From Clostridia bacterium (lineage in GTDB: Bacteria; Bacillota; Clostridia; UMGS1840), in NCBI GenBank assembly GCA_017625695.1, contig JAGAKI010000079.1:72299-136298 (forward strand): a stretch of 64,000 nt of DNA, in the 5' to 3' direction. Under the pieces are notes generated by a model, which was not told where the DNA came from, did not search any database, and saw only the letters and a program-made list of their open reading frames with translations. A program made the translations under genes and the position numbers. Each line of letters opens with the position of its first letter. Positions within the stretch are counted from its first letter, which is position 1. Below are positions 10,165-19,260 of this stretch, piece by piece.

Positions 10165-10520
10165 TTTTAGTATTCGGGAAACTACGGATTGTTTCCTTTA
10201 CGTATTGGAACACGTGAGGATAGGACGGATCGTCTCTCTTACATATTGCAACACGCGAGGATAGGACGGATTGTTTTTTTAGAATTCGGGACACTATGGA
10301 ATATTTTTTTTAGAATTCGGGACACTATGGAATGTTTCTCTTACGTATTGGAACACATAAGAATAAAGGAATTTTTTTAGAATTCGGGAAACGACGGATT
10401 GTTTCCTTTACGTATGGGAACACGTAAGAATCAAGAATTCTTTCTCTTAGGTTACGCAACACGTGAGGATCACAAATTTCCTCCCTTAGGTTTGCAAAAC
10501 AGGTTTGTAGGGGCGTTGAT
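10165..10520. repeat. array of ~9 degenerate 31-41 bp tandem repeats
   Basis: Units such as TTACGTATTGGAACACGTGAGGATAGGACGGAT and TTAGAATTCGGGACACTATGGAAT alternate. No coding potential. Confidence 0.8.
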
Positions 10521-10563
10521 CAGCCACCTGTTGTATGGGGACTAAAACCTATGATAATCCCTC

Positions 10564-10590
10564 GTAGGGGACGATGCCCACATCGTCCCG
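10564..10590. repeat. REP-like palindromic hairpin
   Basis: GTAGGGGACGATGCCCACATCGTCCCG, a 9-bp stem with a 4-nt loop. Confidence 0.85.
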
Positions 10591-10634
10591 ATGGATGGAT
10601 ATCAAATGATTTTTTCTGTGATGTTACAAAAATC

Positions 10635-11903
10635 TTAACGAATGACATCAGTGCCCATATATTTTCTTAATACTTCAGGCACCGTAACAGAACCGTCTTC
10701 GTTCTGATAGTTTTCTAAAATTGCGGCAACCGTTCTTCCCACAGCCAGTCCGGAACCATTTAAGGTATGGCAAAGCTGGGGTTTTGCATTGATATCTTCT
10801 TTGAATTTGATGTTGGCTCTTCTTGCCTGATAATCCACAAAGTTGGAGCAGGAAGAAATTTCTACATATCTGCCGTAGCTGGGCATATAAACTTCCAAAT
10901 CATAGGTCATCGCAGAAGAGAAGCCTAAATCACCGGAGCATAACAGAACCACACGGTAGGGAAGTCCCAACAGCTGAAGCAAGCGCTCTGCATCATTGGT
11001 TAGGGATTCTAACTCCTCAAAAGAGGTTTCGGGGGTGGTGAATTTCACCAGCTCTACTTTATTGAACTGATGCTGACGGATTAAGCCTCTGGTATCTCTG
11101 CCTGCACTTCCCGCTTCTGCTCTGAAGCAAGCGGAATATGCACAATATTTGATGGGCAGATCTTCTTTTTTCATGATTTCATCCCGATGCAGATTGGTTA
11201 CGGGAACTTCTGCGGTAGGAATCATGAAGTAGTCGCAGTTTTTTAAGGAGAAAGCATCTTCCTCAAATTTGGGAAGCTGACCGGTACCGGTCATGGATGC
11301 ACGGTTTACCATATAGGGCGGTAAAATTTCGGTATAGCCGTTTTCGGTGTGGGTGTCTAAAAAGAAGCTAATCACTGCCCGTTCTAATTTTGCACCTAAC
11401 CCACGGTATACGGTGAATCGGGAACCTGTAATTTTTGCACCTCTTTCAAAATCCAGAATTCCTAAATTTTCCCCGATGTCCCAATGGGGTTTGAACGGAA
11501 AATCAAATTCTCTGGGAGTGCCCCATTTTCTGATTTCTTTGTTATCTTCATCAGAATTGCCGTCGGGAACGCAGTCGGCAGGAGTATTGGGAATTTTTAA
11601 TAAGGCAGTCTGCAATTCTTCCTGAATTTCTGCCAGTTCTTTATCCATTCCTTTAATCTGTTCCGACAGCTCTTTCATTTCCTGGAAAATAGGAGCGACA
11701 TCTTTTCCTTCTTTTTTCAGTTTGGGAATTTCTTTGGAAACGGTATTCTGCTTCATTTTCAAATTTTCTGCAGTATAGGTTAAGCTTCTTCTTTTTTCGT
11801 CTAATTCATAAACCTTTTCCAACAGCGAGAGGTCAGCTTTTTTAATGGTAAGCAGTCGTTTTACTTCTTCTTTTTCATCTCGAATTCGTTTTAAGTCCAG
11901 CAT
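10635..11903 (-). CDS. serS: serine--tRNA ligase
   Basis: 422 aa. N-terminal coiled-coil arm and class II core ([16 protein letters not shown]). Confidence 0.96.
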   Translation of the reverse strand: MLDLKRIRDEKEEVKRLLTIKKADLSLLEKVYELDEKRRSLTYTAENLKMKQNTVSKEIPKLKKEGKDVAPIFQEMKELSEQIKGMDKELAEIQEELQTALLKIPNTPADCVPDGNSDEDNKEIRKWGTPREFDFPFKPHWDIGENLGILDFERGAKITGSRFTVYRGLGAKLERAVISFFLDTHTENGYTEILPPYMVNRASMTGTGQLPKFEEDAFSLKNCDYFMIPTAEVPVTNLHRDEIMKKEDLPIKYCAYSACFRAEAGSAGRDTRGLIRQHQFNKVELVKFTTPETSFEELESLTNDAERLLQLLGLPYRVVLLCSGDLGFSSAMTYDLEVYMPSYGRYVEISSCSNFVDYQARRANIKFKEDINAKPQLCHTLNGSGLAVGRTVAAILENYQNEDGSVTVPEVLRKYMGTDVIR

Positions 11904-11967
11904 ATTTTTTTCTCCTTATTTCTCTTTCACAGAGCATCCTGTTTTTTTTACAGGATGTCAATTACAT

Positions 11968-11996
11968 ATTATAGTATATATTTCCACATTCGTCAA
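11968..11996 (-). promoter_or_regulatory. sigma-A type promoter for serS
   Basis: Minus strand TTGACG-17 nt-TATAAT. Confidence 0.55.
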
Positions 11997-12146
11997 GGCA
12001 AATAGGAATTTTTTACTTGGTTTTTTGATTCCTTTTTTTCTCTTTGTTTTTCTCAGCGAAAACAAACAAAACCGCAAAAGAATCCCTTTTTAAAAATTTT
12101 TCTTCTATATTTTAGGGTAATTTTCGGAACAAAAATCAATTCTTTC

Positions 12147-12995
12147 TTACACCAATTGGTCGATGATACGCTGTAAATCATCCTGGGAGTAATATTCAAT
12201 TTCAATTTTACTTTTGATTTTTCCGCTTTTAATCTGTACCTTGGTGCCGAATTTCTTGGCTAAACGGTTTTCCACTTCCATCACATTGGGGTCTTTTTTC
12301 AGATTTTTTTTGATGAGGGTGGTTCGTTTCTTCTGGGATAGTTTTTTTGCCAACTCTTCCGCTTCTCTTACCGAGATTTCATTTTTTACAATTTCATATA
12401 AGAGAAGTTTTTTGGTTTCGTCCGATTCCAGAGAAGACAAAGCTTTTGCATGTCCCACCGAAACCTTTCCTGCCTTGATTTCCTTTAAAACGAAATCCGG
12501 CAGATGTAAGATTCTTAAAATGTTGGCAACGGTGGAACGGCTCTTTGCCACCCGTTTGGCAATTTCTTCCTGGGTAAACCCAAACTGATCCTTTAACGTC
12601 TGATATCCCATGGCTTCTTCCAGAGGATTTAAGTCCTCACGCTGCAGATTTTCAATCAACGCAATTTCCATTACCTCACGGGTCTCGTAGTTCTTCACAA
12701 TGGCGGGAATTTTCTTTTTTCCTGCCAGTTTGGAAGCTCTCCACCGACGTTCTCCCGCAATGATTTCATAGAGTCCGTTTTCTTTTTGCCGTACCAGAAT
12801 CGGCGACAGCACCCCAACCTCCGAGATGGAATCCGCCAATGCCCGAAGTGCTTCCGGGTCAAAGTTTTTTCGGGGTTGTTTGGGATTGGGTTCAATATCC
12901 ATTATGGATAATTCATGGACTTTCCCGGTTCCGGTTTCTACGGTTTCTTCCAGCAGGGAAGAAAGACCCCGGCCAAGTCCTCCTTTTTTTGTCAT
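12147..12995 (-). CDS. parB: chromosome partitioning protein ParB/Spo0J
   Basis: ParB-box GERRWRA and an HTH region. Confidence 0.93.
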   Translation of the reverse strand: MTKKGGLGRGLSSLLEETVETGTGKVHELSIMDIEPNPKQPRKNFDPEALRALADSISEVGVLSPILVRQKENGLYEIIAGERRWRASKLAGKKKIPAIVKNYETREVMEIALIENLQREDLNPLEEAMGYQTLKDQFGFTQEEIAKRVAKSRSTVANILRILHLPDFVLKEIKAGKVSVGHAKALSSLESDETKKLLLYEIVKNEISVREAEELAKKLSQKKRTTLIKKNLKKDPNVMEVENRLAKKFGTKVQIKSGKIKSKIEIEYYSQDDLQRIIDQLV

Positions 12996-13043
12996 ATTAT
13001 CTAACTCCTTTACTTGTTACGCCTCAACTCAAGATTGCATCTG

Positions 13044-13808
13044 TTATTGGTTATGCTCTGCAATCTCCTGTGCAATTTTTAAGTAAGCGTCGGTACATTT
13101 GGAATGTTTGTCATAATAGAGAATTGGCTCTCCGTAACTGGGAGCTTCCCCCAAACGCACGCTGCGGGGGACGGGAGATTTGAATACCTTTTCTCCAAAA
13201 TATTTTTTGATTTCACCGGCAACCTGAAGGGTTAAGTTGGTCCGCCCGTCATACATGGTGAGGATCACTCCTTCCACCTCCAGGGTTTCATTGTAGCGGG
13301 ATTTGATTTTGCGTAAGGTGTTCATCAGCTGACTTAGTCCCTCCAATGCAAAATATTCACATTGGAGAGGAATCACAATGGAATCGGAGCCGGAGAGAAT
13401 ATTGATGGTGATCAGTCCCAGAGACGGCGGACAGTCCACAATCATAAAATCAAATTCCTCCCGGATAGGCTCCAGTGATTTTGAAAACTGAAATTCACGG
13501 TCGGAAACTCCAACCAGTTCTACTTCCGCACCTGCCAGATCAATGTTACAGGGGCAAACCCAAAGATTCTTAAAATCCGTTGCAACAAGCGACTTTTTGA
13601 TAGGTTCGTTTCCAATTAATACATCGTAAAAAGAGGATTCTACCTTTTCTTTATCCACACCAACACCGCTGGTGGCATTTCCCTGAGGGTCGGCATCAAT
13701 CAGCAAGACCTTTTTGCCGAAATGCCCTAAGCAGGCTGCTATATTGATGGCAGAGGTGGTTTTCCCAACGCCGCCTTTCTGATTTGCTACTGCAATAATT
13801 TTTCCCAT
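13044..13808 (-). CDS. parA: chromosome partitioning ATPase ParA/Soj
   Basis: Deviant Walker A KGGVGKTT. 254 aa. Confidence 0.94.
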   Translation of the reverse strand: MGKIIAVANQKGGVGKTTSAINIAACLGHFGKKVLLIDADPQGNATSGVGVDKEKVESSFYDVLIGNEPIKKSLVATDFKNLWVCPCNIDLAGAEVELVGVSDREFQFSKSLEPIREEFDFMIVDCPPSLGLITINILSGSDSIVIPLQCEYFALEGLSQLMNTLRKIKSRYNETLEVEGVILTMYDGRTNLTLQVAGEIKKYFGEKVFKSPVPRSVRLGEAPSYGEPILYYDKHSKCTDAYLKIAQEIAEHNQ

Positions 13809-13853
13809 AAATTCCCTGCCTTTCTGTCTTGAAATTCCGGGTAACCCTTCAAC

Positions 13854-13869
13854 TGTTCCCCGTGGAACA
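13854..13869. promoter_or_regulatory. parS site 1
   Basis: TGTTCCCCGTGGAACA, compared with the Firmicute parS TGTTNCACGTGAAACA. Confidence 0.75.
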
Positions 13870-13900
13870 TTTTGTTAATTCATAAAATATCCGGAAACAT

Positions 13901-13916
13901 TGTTCCCCGTGGAACA
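13901..13916. promoter_or_regulatory. parS site 2
   Basis: Identical 16-mer TGTTCCCCGTGGAACA. Confidence 0.75.
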
Positions 13917-14043
13917 AAAAAACGTAAAATTCATCTAAAAAGATAGATTGGTAACAACTATTGTAACATATTCATAAAAAAAAGTCCATAGTTTTTGTGA
14001 ATTTTTTTAATTTTTATACAGAGACCCATCTGTGACAGTAAAT

Positions 14044-14059
14044 TGTTCCCCGTGGAACA
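14044..14059. promoter_or_regulatory. parS site 3
   Basis: Identical 16-mer TGTTCCCCGTGGAACA. Confidence 0.75.
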
Positions 14060-14087
14060 ATTTGCCGCATTGTAAAAGGAGGGACCT

Positions 14088-14318
14088 ATGAAACCATTCA
14101 GACAAGCAGCAACACCAAAAAAAGCCTACCAGATTTTACTTCGCAGTTTTCTGCTTGCAGCAACCCTGGTTGCCTGCATAGGGATTATGACAGCAAAAAC
14201 GCCGGGGCTTTCGGAAGAGGCACAATATCTGACCATTCTGTCCGCCTCCTTAGCCTGTCAGGGAGTCTGGGGATTTGTTCTGTTTGACTGTATGCACCGA
14301 CGGTTAGGGAAAAACTGA
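14088..14318 (+). CDS. small hypothetical membrane protein (2 predicted TM)
   Basis: 76 aa. Strong RBS AAAGGAGGG 6 nt upstream. Two hydrophobic segments. A terminator lies downstream. Confidence 0.55.
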   Translation: MKPFRQAATPKKAYQILLRSFLLAATLVACIGIMTAKTPGLSEEAQYLTILSASLACQGVWGFVLFDCMHRRLGKN

Positions 14319-14325
14319 CGGTTCC

Positions 14326-14352
14326 GTAGGGGACGTTGCCCATATCGTCCCG
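14326..14352. repeat. REP-like palindromic hairpin
   Basis: GTAGGGGACGTTGCCCATATCGTCCCG. Confidence 0.8.
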
Positions 14353-14380
14353 CTGTGTGGGAAAGAAACGGATGAAAAAA

Positions 14381-14420
14381 GGACTGTAACAAAACTCAGT
14401 TTTGTTACAGTCCTTTTTTT
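14381..14420 (+). terminator. Rho-independent terminator
   Basis: 15-bp stem GGACTGTAACAAAAC/GTTTTGTTACAGTCC followed by T7. Confidence 0.85.
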
Positions 14421-14672
14421 GGGGGATGGAAAAAATGTTTCAGAGCAAACAAACTGAGCGTACAATGCCTGTATATAGGCATTGTACGGTTACCCGAAGG
14501 CGTACATTGGTACGTCGAGAGGCGAAGTTTGTTTGTAGCAAAAAGTCAGAAAAAACGTAGAAATTGGAATTTCACAACAAAACAAGATGTTTCTGCGTGT
14601 TCATACTATCTGTGTTTTATATTATGATCTCTTTTTTTGCGGTCTGGACTTTTTTTACATCTCCTTTTTTTC

Positions 14673-15977
14673 TTATTTTTCTAATTTGGCATATAGAAAC
14701 GTTCCGTCGGTTTTGTGTGGGATTACCTTACAAATTCGGTTGGAAATCTCCCGTTCTGTTTGAATCATGACAGGCAGATAGTTTTCTGACAGTCCGTAGA
14801 AGCCCTTTTCTTTTCGCTGTTCCGCTAACACCATCAGGGGTTTTCCAACCGCCTGTTCCAGGATTTTTGCCTCTGTCTTCTGAGACAGGGCAATGACCCT
14901 CTGACAGCGTTCATCCTTAATATTCGGGGCAATCTGATGGGGCATTTTGTCTGCAACCGTCCCGGATCGTCGGGAATAGGGAAAGGCGTGTACCTTCAAA
15001 AAATTCGCTTTTTCAATGACCGTGAGGGTTTCCTGGAATTCTTCCTCGGTTTCTCCGGGGAATCCGGTGATAACATCGGTGGTAATCATGGTTTGCGGAC
15101 GGATCAAACGCAGTGTTTCTACGATTTTCAGATAATATTCTGCAGTGTAGTGACGATTCATCCGGGCAATGACTGTGTCAGAGCCGCTTTGCAGAGAAAT
15201 GTGAAAATGAGGACACAGCTTGCGGGTCTGCTCATAATATCGGAAAAATTTATCGGTAAATGCCATCGGTTCAATGGAGCTTAAGCGAATCCGGCAAATT
15301 CCGTCAATTGTTTCCAGTTCCCGAAGAAGATCTACCAAATCCCGGATAGGAACATCGTCAGGAAAATCCACGCCATAGTGACAAACGTGAATCCCCGCCA
15401 ATACGATTTCCTGATATCCGTTTTGTGCCAAAAGCTTGGCTTCTTCCAGGATTTCCAATGGATTTCGGCTGCGGAGCCGTCCTCTGACATAAGGAATGAT
15501 GCAGTAGGAACAAAAGGAATTGCAGCCGTCCTGAATTTTTAAAATGGCCCTTGTTTTTTCCCGGTAGTCAGTAATGGGAACTGCAGTAAAAGAAGTTTCC
15601 GCTGTTAACGGATAAATGGAAATTTTTTCCATTGTTTTTTGATGGAGTAATTCTTCTATGATGGAAGGGAGTTTATGTTTATTGCCGTTCCCAATGACCA
15701 AATCCACGCCGGGAATGTTGGCAACCTCCTCCGGTTTTGCCTGAGCGTAGCAACCGGCTACCGCCACCACACCGCCGTCTTTCACACATTGACGAATCAG
15801 CTTCCGGGACTTTCTGTCACTCATATTGGTGACCGAACAGGTGTTAATAATAGAAACAGACGCAGCCTCTCCCTCCTTTGCGGCACGGTAGCCGCTTTGG
15901 AGAAAAAGCTGCGCCAAAGCTTCGGATTCATACTGATTGACCTTACATCCAAGGGTCAGAATACGAAAATTTTTCAT
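14673..15977 (-). CDS. mtaB: tRNA t6A37 methylthiotransferase (MiaB-like, MtaB)
   Basis: UPF0004 N-domain, radical-SAM CNSFCSYC, C-terminal TRAM-like region. Confidence 0.85.
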   Translation of the reverse strand: MKNFRILTLGCKVNQYESEALAQLFLQSGYRAAKEGEAASVSIINTCSVTNMSDRKSRKLIRQCVKDGGVVAVAGCYAQAKPEEVANIPGVDLVIGNGNKHKLPSIIEELLHQKTMEKISIYPLTAETSFTAVPITDYREKTRAILKIQDGCNSFCSYCIIPYVRGRLRSRNPLEILEEAKLLAQNGYQEIVLAGIHVCHYGVDFPDDVPIRDLVDLLRELETIDGICRIRLSSIEPMAFTDKFFRYYEQTRKLCPHFHISLQSGSDTVIARMNRHYTAEYYLKIVETLRLIRPQTMITTDVITGFPGETEEEFQETLTVIEKANFLKVHAFPYSRRSGTVADKMPHQIAPNIKDERCQRVIALSQKTEAKILEQAVGKPLMVLAEQRKEKGFYGLSENYLPVMIQTEREISNRICKVIPHKTDGTFLYAKLEK

Positions 15978-16088
15978 AAAAATCAAAATCCTGAAAATAT
16001 CCTGAAAAGCCTTGCAACAAGCGGTTTTTCAGCGGTTTTATCTTGCATTTTTTGTGCGGCTGGAGCCGATAGAAACCAATCCAACGAC

Positions 16089-17030
16089 CTACAGCATGTC
16101 TTTCTTAATTAAAATCCACGCAGCCACACAGATTGCCGCCACCGAAATCACCGCCGGGAACCACCAGAAATGGTCCATGGGAATTCCGCCTGTGATATTC
16201 ATTCCGTAGAAGGAAGTCACGATGTTGGGAATTGCCATTAAGATGGTGATGGAGGCAAGCACCTTCATTACAATATTTAAGTTATTGGAAATGACCGATG
16301 CAAACGCATCCATAGTGCCGGAGAGAATGTTGGAGTAAATGTTGGACATTTCGATTGCCTGATTGGTTTCAATCAGTACATCTTCCAGCAAATCTTCATC
16401 CTCTTCATACAGACGGATAAATTTACCCCGACGGATTTTCTGCATGGTAATTTCATTTGCTTTTAAGGACGTGGAAAAGAATACCAGAGATTTTTCCAAG
16501 TCCAACAGCTGAATCAGCTCTTTGTTCTTCATGGAACGGTGGAGCTGACGTTCCACATAGTTGGAAATTTTATCAATCTGTTTCAAATAAAACAGATATT
16601 TACTTGCCACACGGTATAAAATCTGCAGGATAAAGCGGGTTTTCATATGGGTATGCACCTGCTTCACCACTCCGTCGGCAAAGGCTTTTAAAATGGCAGT
16701 TTCATCACTGCAGATGGTGATGATATGTTCCTTGTTCACAATAATGGATAAGGGCAGAGTTTCAAACAAAATGGTATTTCCCACGTGTTCTTCCTTTTCG
16801 GGAGCGGGAATATCCACAATGATTAAGGTGGTGCCGTTATCGTCGGTTTCAACACGGGACATTTCTTCTTCGTCCAAAGAGGAACGGATAAAGTCCTGGT
16901 CAATCCCCAGTTGTTCGGTTAAGAAACGGGTATCTTTTTCATCCGGATCGATAAAATTAATCCAGCAGTCTTTTTCAATAGATTCAATCTGACGGATTTT
17001 TCCGTCAAAGGATTTATAAATATGATACAT
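16089..17030 (-). CDS. corA: CorA-family magnesium/cobalt transporter
   Basis: Two C-terminal TM segments with a YGMN motif. Start trimmed to MYHIYKS at 17030. Confidence 0.88.
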   Translation of the reverse strand: MYHIYKSFDGKIRQIESIEKDCWINFIDPDEKDTRFLTEQLGIDQDFIRSSLDEEEMSRVETDDNGTTLIIVDIPAPEKEEHVGNTILFETLPLSIIVNKEHIITICSDETAILKAFADGVVKQVHTHMKTRFILQILYRVASKYLFYLKQIDKISNYVERQLHRSMKNKELIQLLDLEKSLVFFSTSLKANEITMQKIRRGKFIRLYEEDEDLLEDVLIETNQAIEMSNIYSNILSGTMDAFASVISNNLNIVMKVLASITILMAIPNIVTSFYGMNITGGIPMDHFWWFPAVISVAAICVAAWILIKKDML

Positions 17031-17103
17031 AGGCAAATCACCCCGCAACGGCTGCTGCCGTTCTTTCTTGTGAGAGTAAAAAAGGAAAAACAGTAGGAAA
17101 AAC

Positions 17104-18102
17104 CTATCCCTGTTCTGCCTTTTTATCACGAATCATTAACGCCAGGGCAGATTCTTTGGGATTTTTCCCTTCATAGATAATCCGGTAGGCTTCCTCTATG
17201 ATCGGCATATTCACCTGATACTGCTGGGAAGCTTTTTTTACGGCTTTTAAGCATTTGATGCCTTCCACTACCATATTGACTTCCTGCATTGCCTCCTCGG
17301 GAGCCATACCGCGGCCGATTAACATCCCGCACCGTCGGTTTCTGGAGTGGGTACTGGTACAGGTTACAATCAAATCACCCATTCCGGACAGTCCGAAAAA
17401 GGTTTCCAACTCCCCGCCCATCGCAATACCGAGTTTGGCAATTTCGTGCATTCCACGGGTCATAAGCGCCGCTTTTGCATTGTCGCCAAAGCCGCAACCG
17501 TCGGAAATGCCGGCACATAGCGCAATAATGTTCTTAATGGTACCGCCCAATTCTACTCCAATTTCATCGGTACTGGTATAGATACGAAAATTTTCGTTCA
17601 TAAATGCAGTCTGCACACGGATTGCAACCTCTTCGTCAGGACAAGCCGCTACAATGGTGGTGGGTAAATCTCTGCCCACCTCTTCCGCATGGGTGGGGCC
17701 GGACAAGGCACAGACCTTACTGCCTTCGGGAAGCTCATCACGAATGACCTGAGTTAAAGTAAATAAGGTGTCTTCTTCCAGTCCTTTTGCCACACAGACC
17801 GCAATCTGACGGTCTTTACAGAATAGAGGAGCAACCGTTTTCGCCGTCTGGCGAATGGCAAAGGAAGGAACCGCAAATATCAGAAAATCGGCATCCGAAA
17901 CAGCCTCCTCTAATTGGGAGGTAAAAGAAATTCTGCCATCCAGCTTCACACCGGGCAGAAATTGTATGTTTTCTTTGTGTTCCGTAAGGCTTTGGGTTTC
18001 TTCCGGGAAAAAGGACCACAGCGTGACATCATTTGTTCCCGATAAGGTATGAGCAAGGGCACAACCCCAGCTGCCGGAACCTAAAATTGCGATTCGACTC
18101 AC
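17104..18102 (-). CDS. gpsA: NAD(P)H-dependent glycerol-3-phosphate dehydrogenase
   Basis: ILGSGSWG dinucleotide fold. GTG start at 18102 with an AAAGGTG RBS (alternative GTG at 18120). A TTGCCA-17-TATACT promoter lies upstream. Confidence 0.9.
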   Translation of the reverse strand: MSRIAILGSGSWGCALAHTLSGTNDVTLWSFFPEETQSLTEHKENIQFLPGVKLDGRISFTSQLEEAVSDADFLIFAVPSFAIRQTAKTVAPLFCKDRQIAVCVAKGLEEDTLFTLTQVIRDELPEGSKVCALSGPTHAEEVGRDLPTTIVAACPDEEVAIRVQTAFMNENFRIYTSTDEIGVELGGTIKNIIALCAGISDGCGFGDNAKAALMTRGMHEIAKLGIAMGGELETFFGLSGMGDLIVTCTSTHSRNRRCGMLIGRGMAPEEAMQEVNMVVEGIKCLKAVKKASQQYQVNMPIIEEAYRIIYEGKNPKESALALMIRDKKAEQG

Positions 18103-18314
18103 ACAATCAACACCTTTCACTCAGTAAGTATATCATAAAAAAATTCATTTGGCAACGCCTTTTTAGAATTTTTTAGAAAAATAACGGAGAAAAGCTTGTC
18201 CAATGGTTTTTGTTACGGTTTGGCATCGGATGAGAGAGTTGACAGGAGGGAAGCCATGAAAAGCTACGTTTCTTTTCTATTATATAATAAAGAAAGATAT
18301 CTATTATGAAAAAA

Positions 18315-18337
18315 GGGACGGTGCGGATGCCCGTCCC
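18315..18337. repeat. REP-related hairpin acting as the trmB terminator
   Basis: GGGACGGTGCGGATGCCCGTCCC with an A6 tract on the plus strand, which is a U-tract for the minus-strand transcript. Confidence 0.65.
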
Positions 18338-18357
18338 TGACATTCTTGCGATTCGTA

Positions 18358-19020
18358 TCAATCTGTGAATTTTGCCACCAGTTTCTGAATGGGATATCCC
18401 AGCCCTGAAAATCTTCGTTCGTATTCGGTCATAATGTTTCCTTCGGGATATTCCTTGTGCAAATCAAAGGTTAAAAGAAGCCACTGCATGCCGTATTCTT
18501 TGGTTTCCAGGAGAGAAAAGCGGAACAGACGCACATTGTCGGTTTTAAAATGGAGCTCTCCGCCTTTTACCAGTACGGTTTCATATTTTTGTAAGAACAG
18601 CTTATGGGTTAAGCGTTTTCTTCTGTGACGCCCCTTTGGCCAGGGGTCGGAAAAGTTTAAGTAAATCCGCTCAATACTTCCCGGTGCAAACATACTGTCT
18701 AATAAGTTGGCATCTAAATTTGCAAACCGCAGATTGGAGATTCCTTCCGATTTGGTTGCTGCAATGGCAATCACATCCGCACATTTTTCAAAGGCAATAT
18801 AGTTAATGTGGGGATTCTGCTTTGCTAAGGTAGTGATAAAATCCCCCTTCCCTGCTCCGATTTCAATATGGACGGGATTTTGGTTGCCAAAAATCTCTTC
18901 ACAATTCAGATAATCCTGTACCGATGCTTCGGGCGTGGTCTTAATATCGGAAAAATCCAGGAAAAAATCTTTATAAAACTCCAGTCTTTGGGGAGTGTTC
19001 TTTTTCTTTCGTAACCGCAT
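18358..19020 (-). CDS. trmB: tRNA (guanine46-N7)-methyltransferase
   Basis: SAM-MTase motif IEIGAGKG. 220 aa. Confidence 0.9.
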   Translation of the reverse strand: MRLRKKKNTPQRLEFYKDFFLDFSDIKTTPEASVQDYLNCEEIFGNQNPVHIEIGAGKGDFITTLAKQNPHINYIAFEKCADVIAIAATKSEGISNLRFANLDANLLDSMFAPGSIERIYLNFSDPWPKGRHRRKRLTHKLFLQKYETVLVKGGELHFKTDNVRLFRFSLLETKEYGMQWLLLTFDLHKEYPEGNIMTEYERRFSGLGYPIQKLVAKFTD

Positions 19021-19260
19021 AATCTAAAAATTCCTTTTCGTTTTGTATGACATCTTTTGTTATCATATCATAAAGCAAAAAAAATTACAAGTAATTTCCC
19101 CAAAAAAGTCGTCTTCTGTTTGGCAGAGGCTTCCTTTGAAAAAAAATGTCGAGAGGTTTTTAAAATTTTTTAAAATCCCCGACAGATTGCAACACCTTTT
19201 TCAAAAAAACTGTGCTATACTGATGCAAATTGGAAAAAATTGGAAAAGGAGTTTTGGAGT

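Noticed and set aside
10165-10520. Possible CRISPR array upstream of dnaA
   Set aside because: The repeats are degenerate and directly abutting, with no unique spacers of regular length. No cas genes or leader are present. It is a tandem-repeat array, not a CRISPR.
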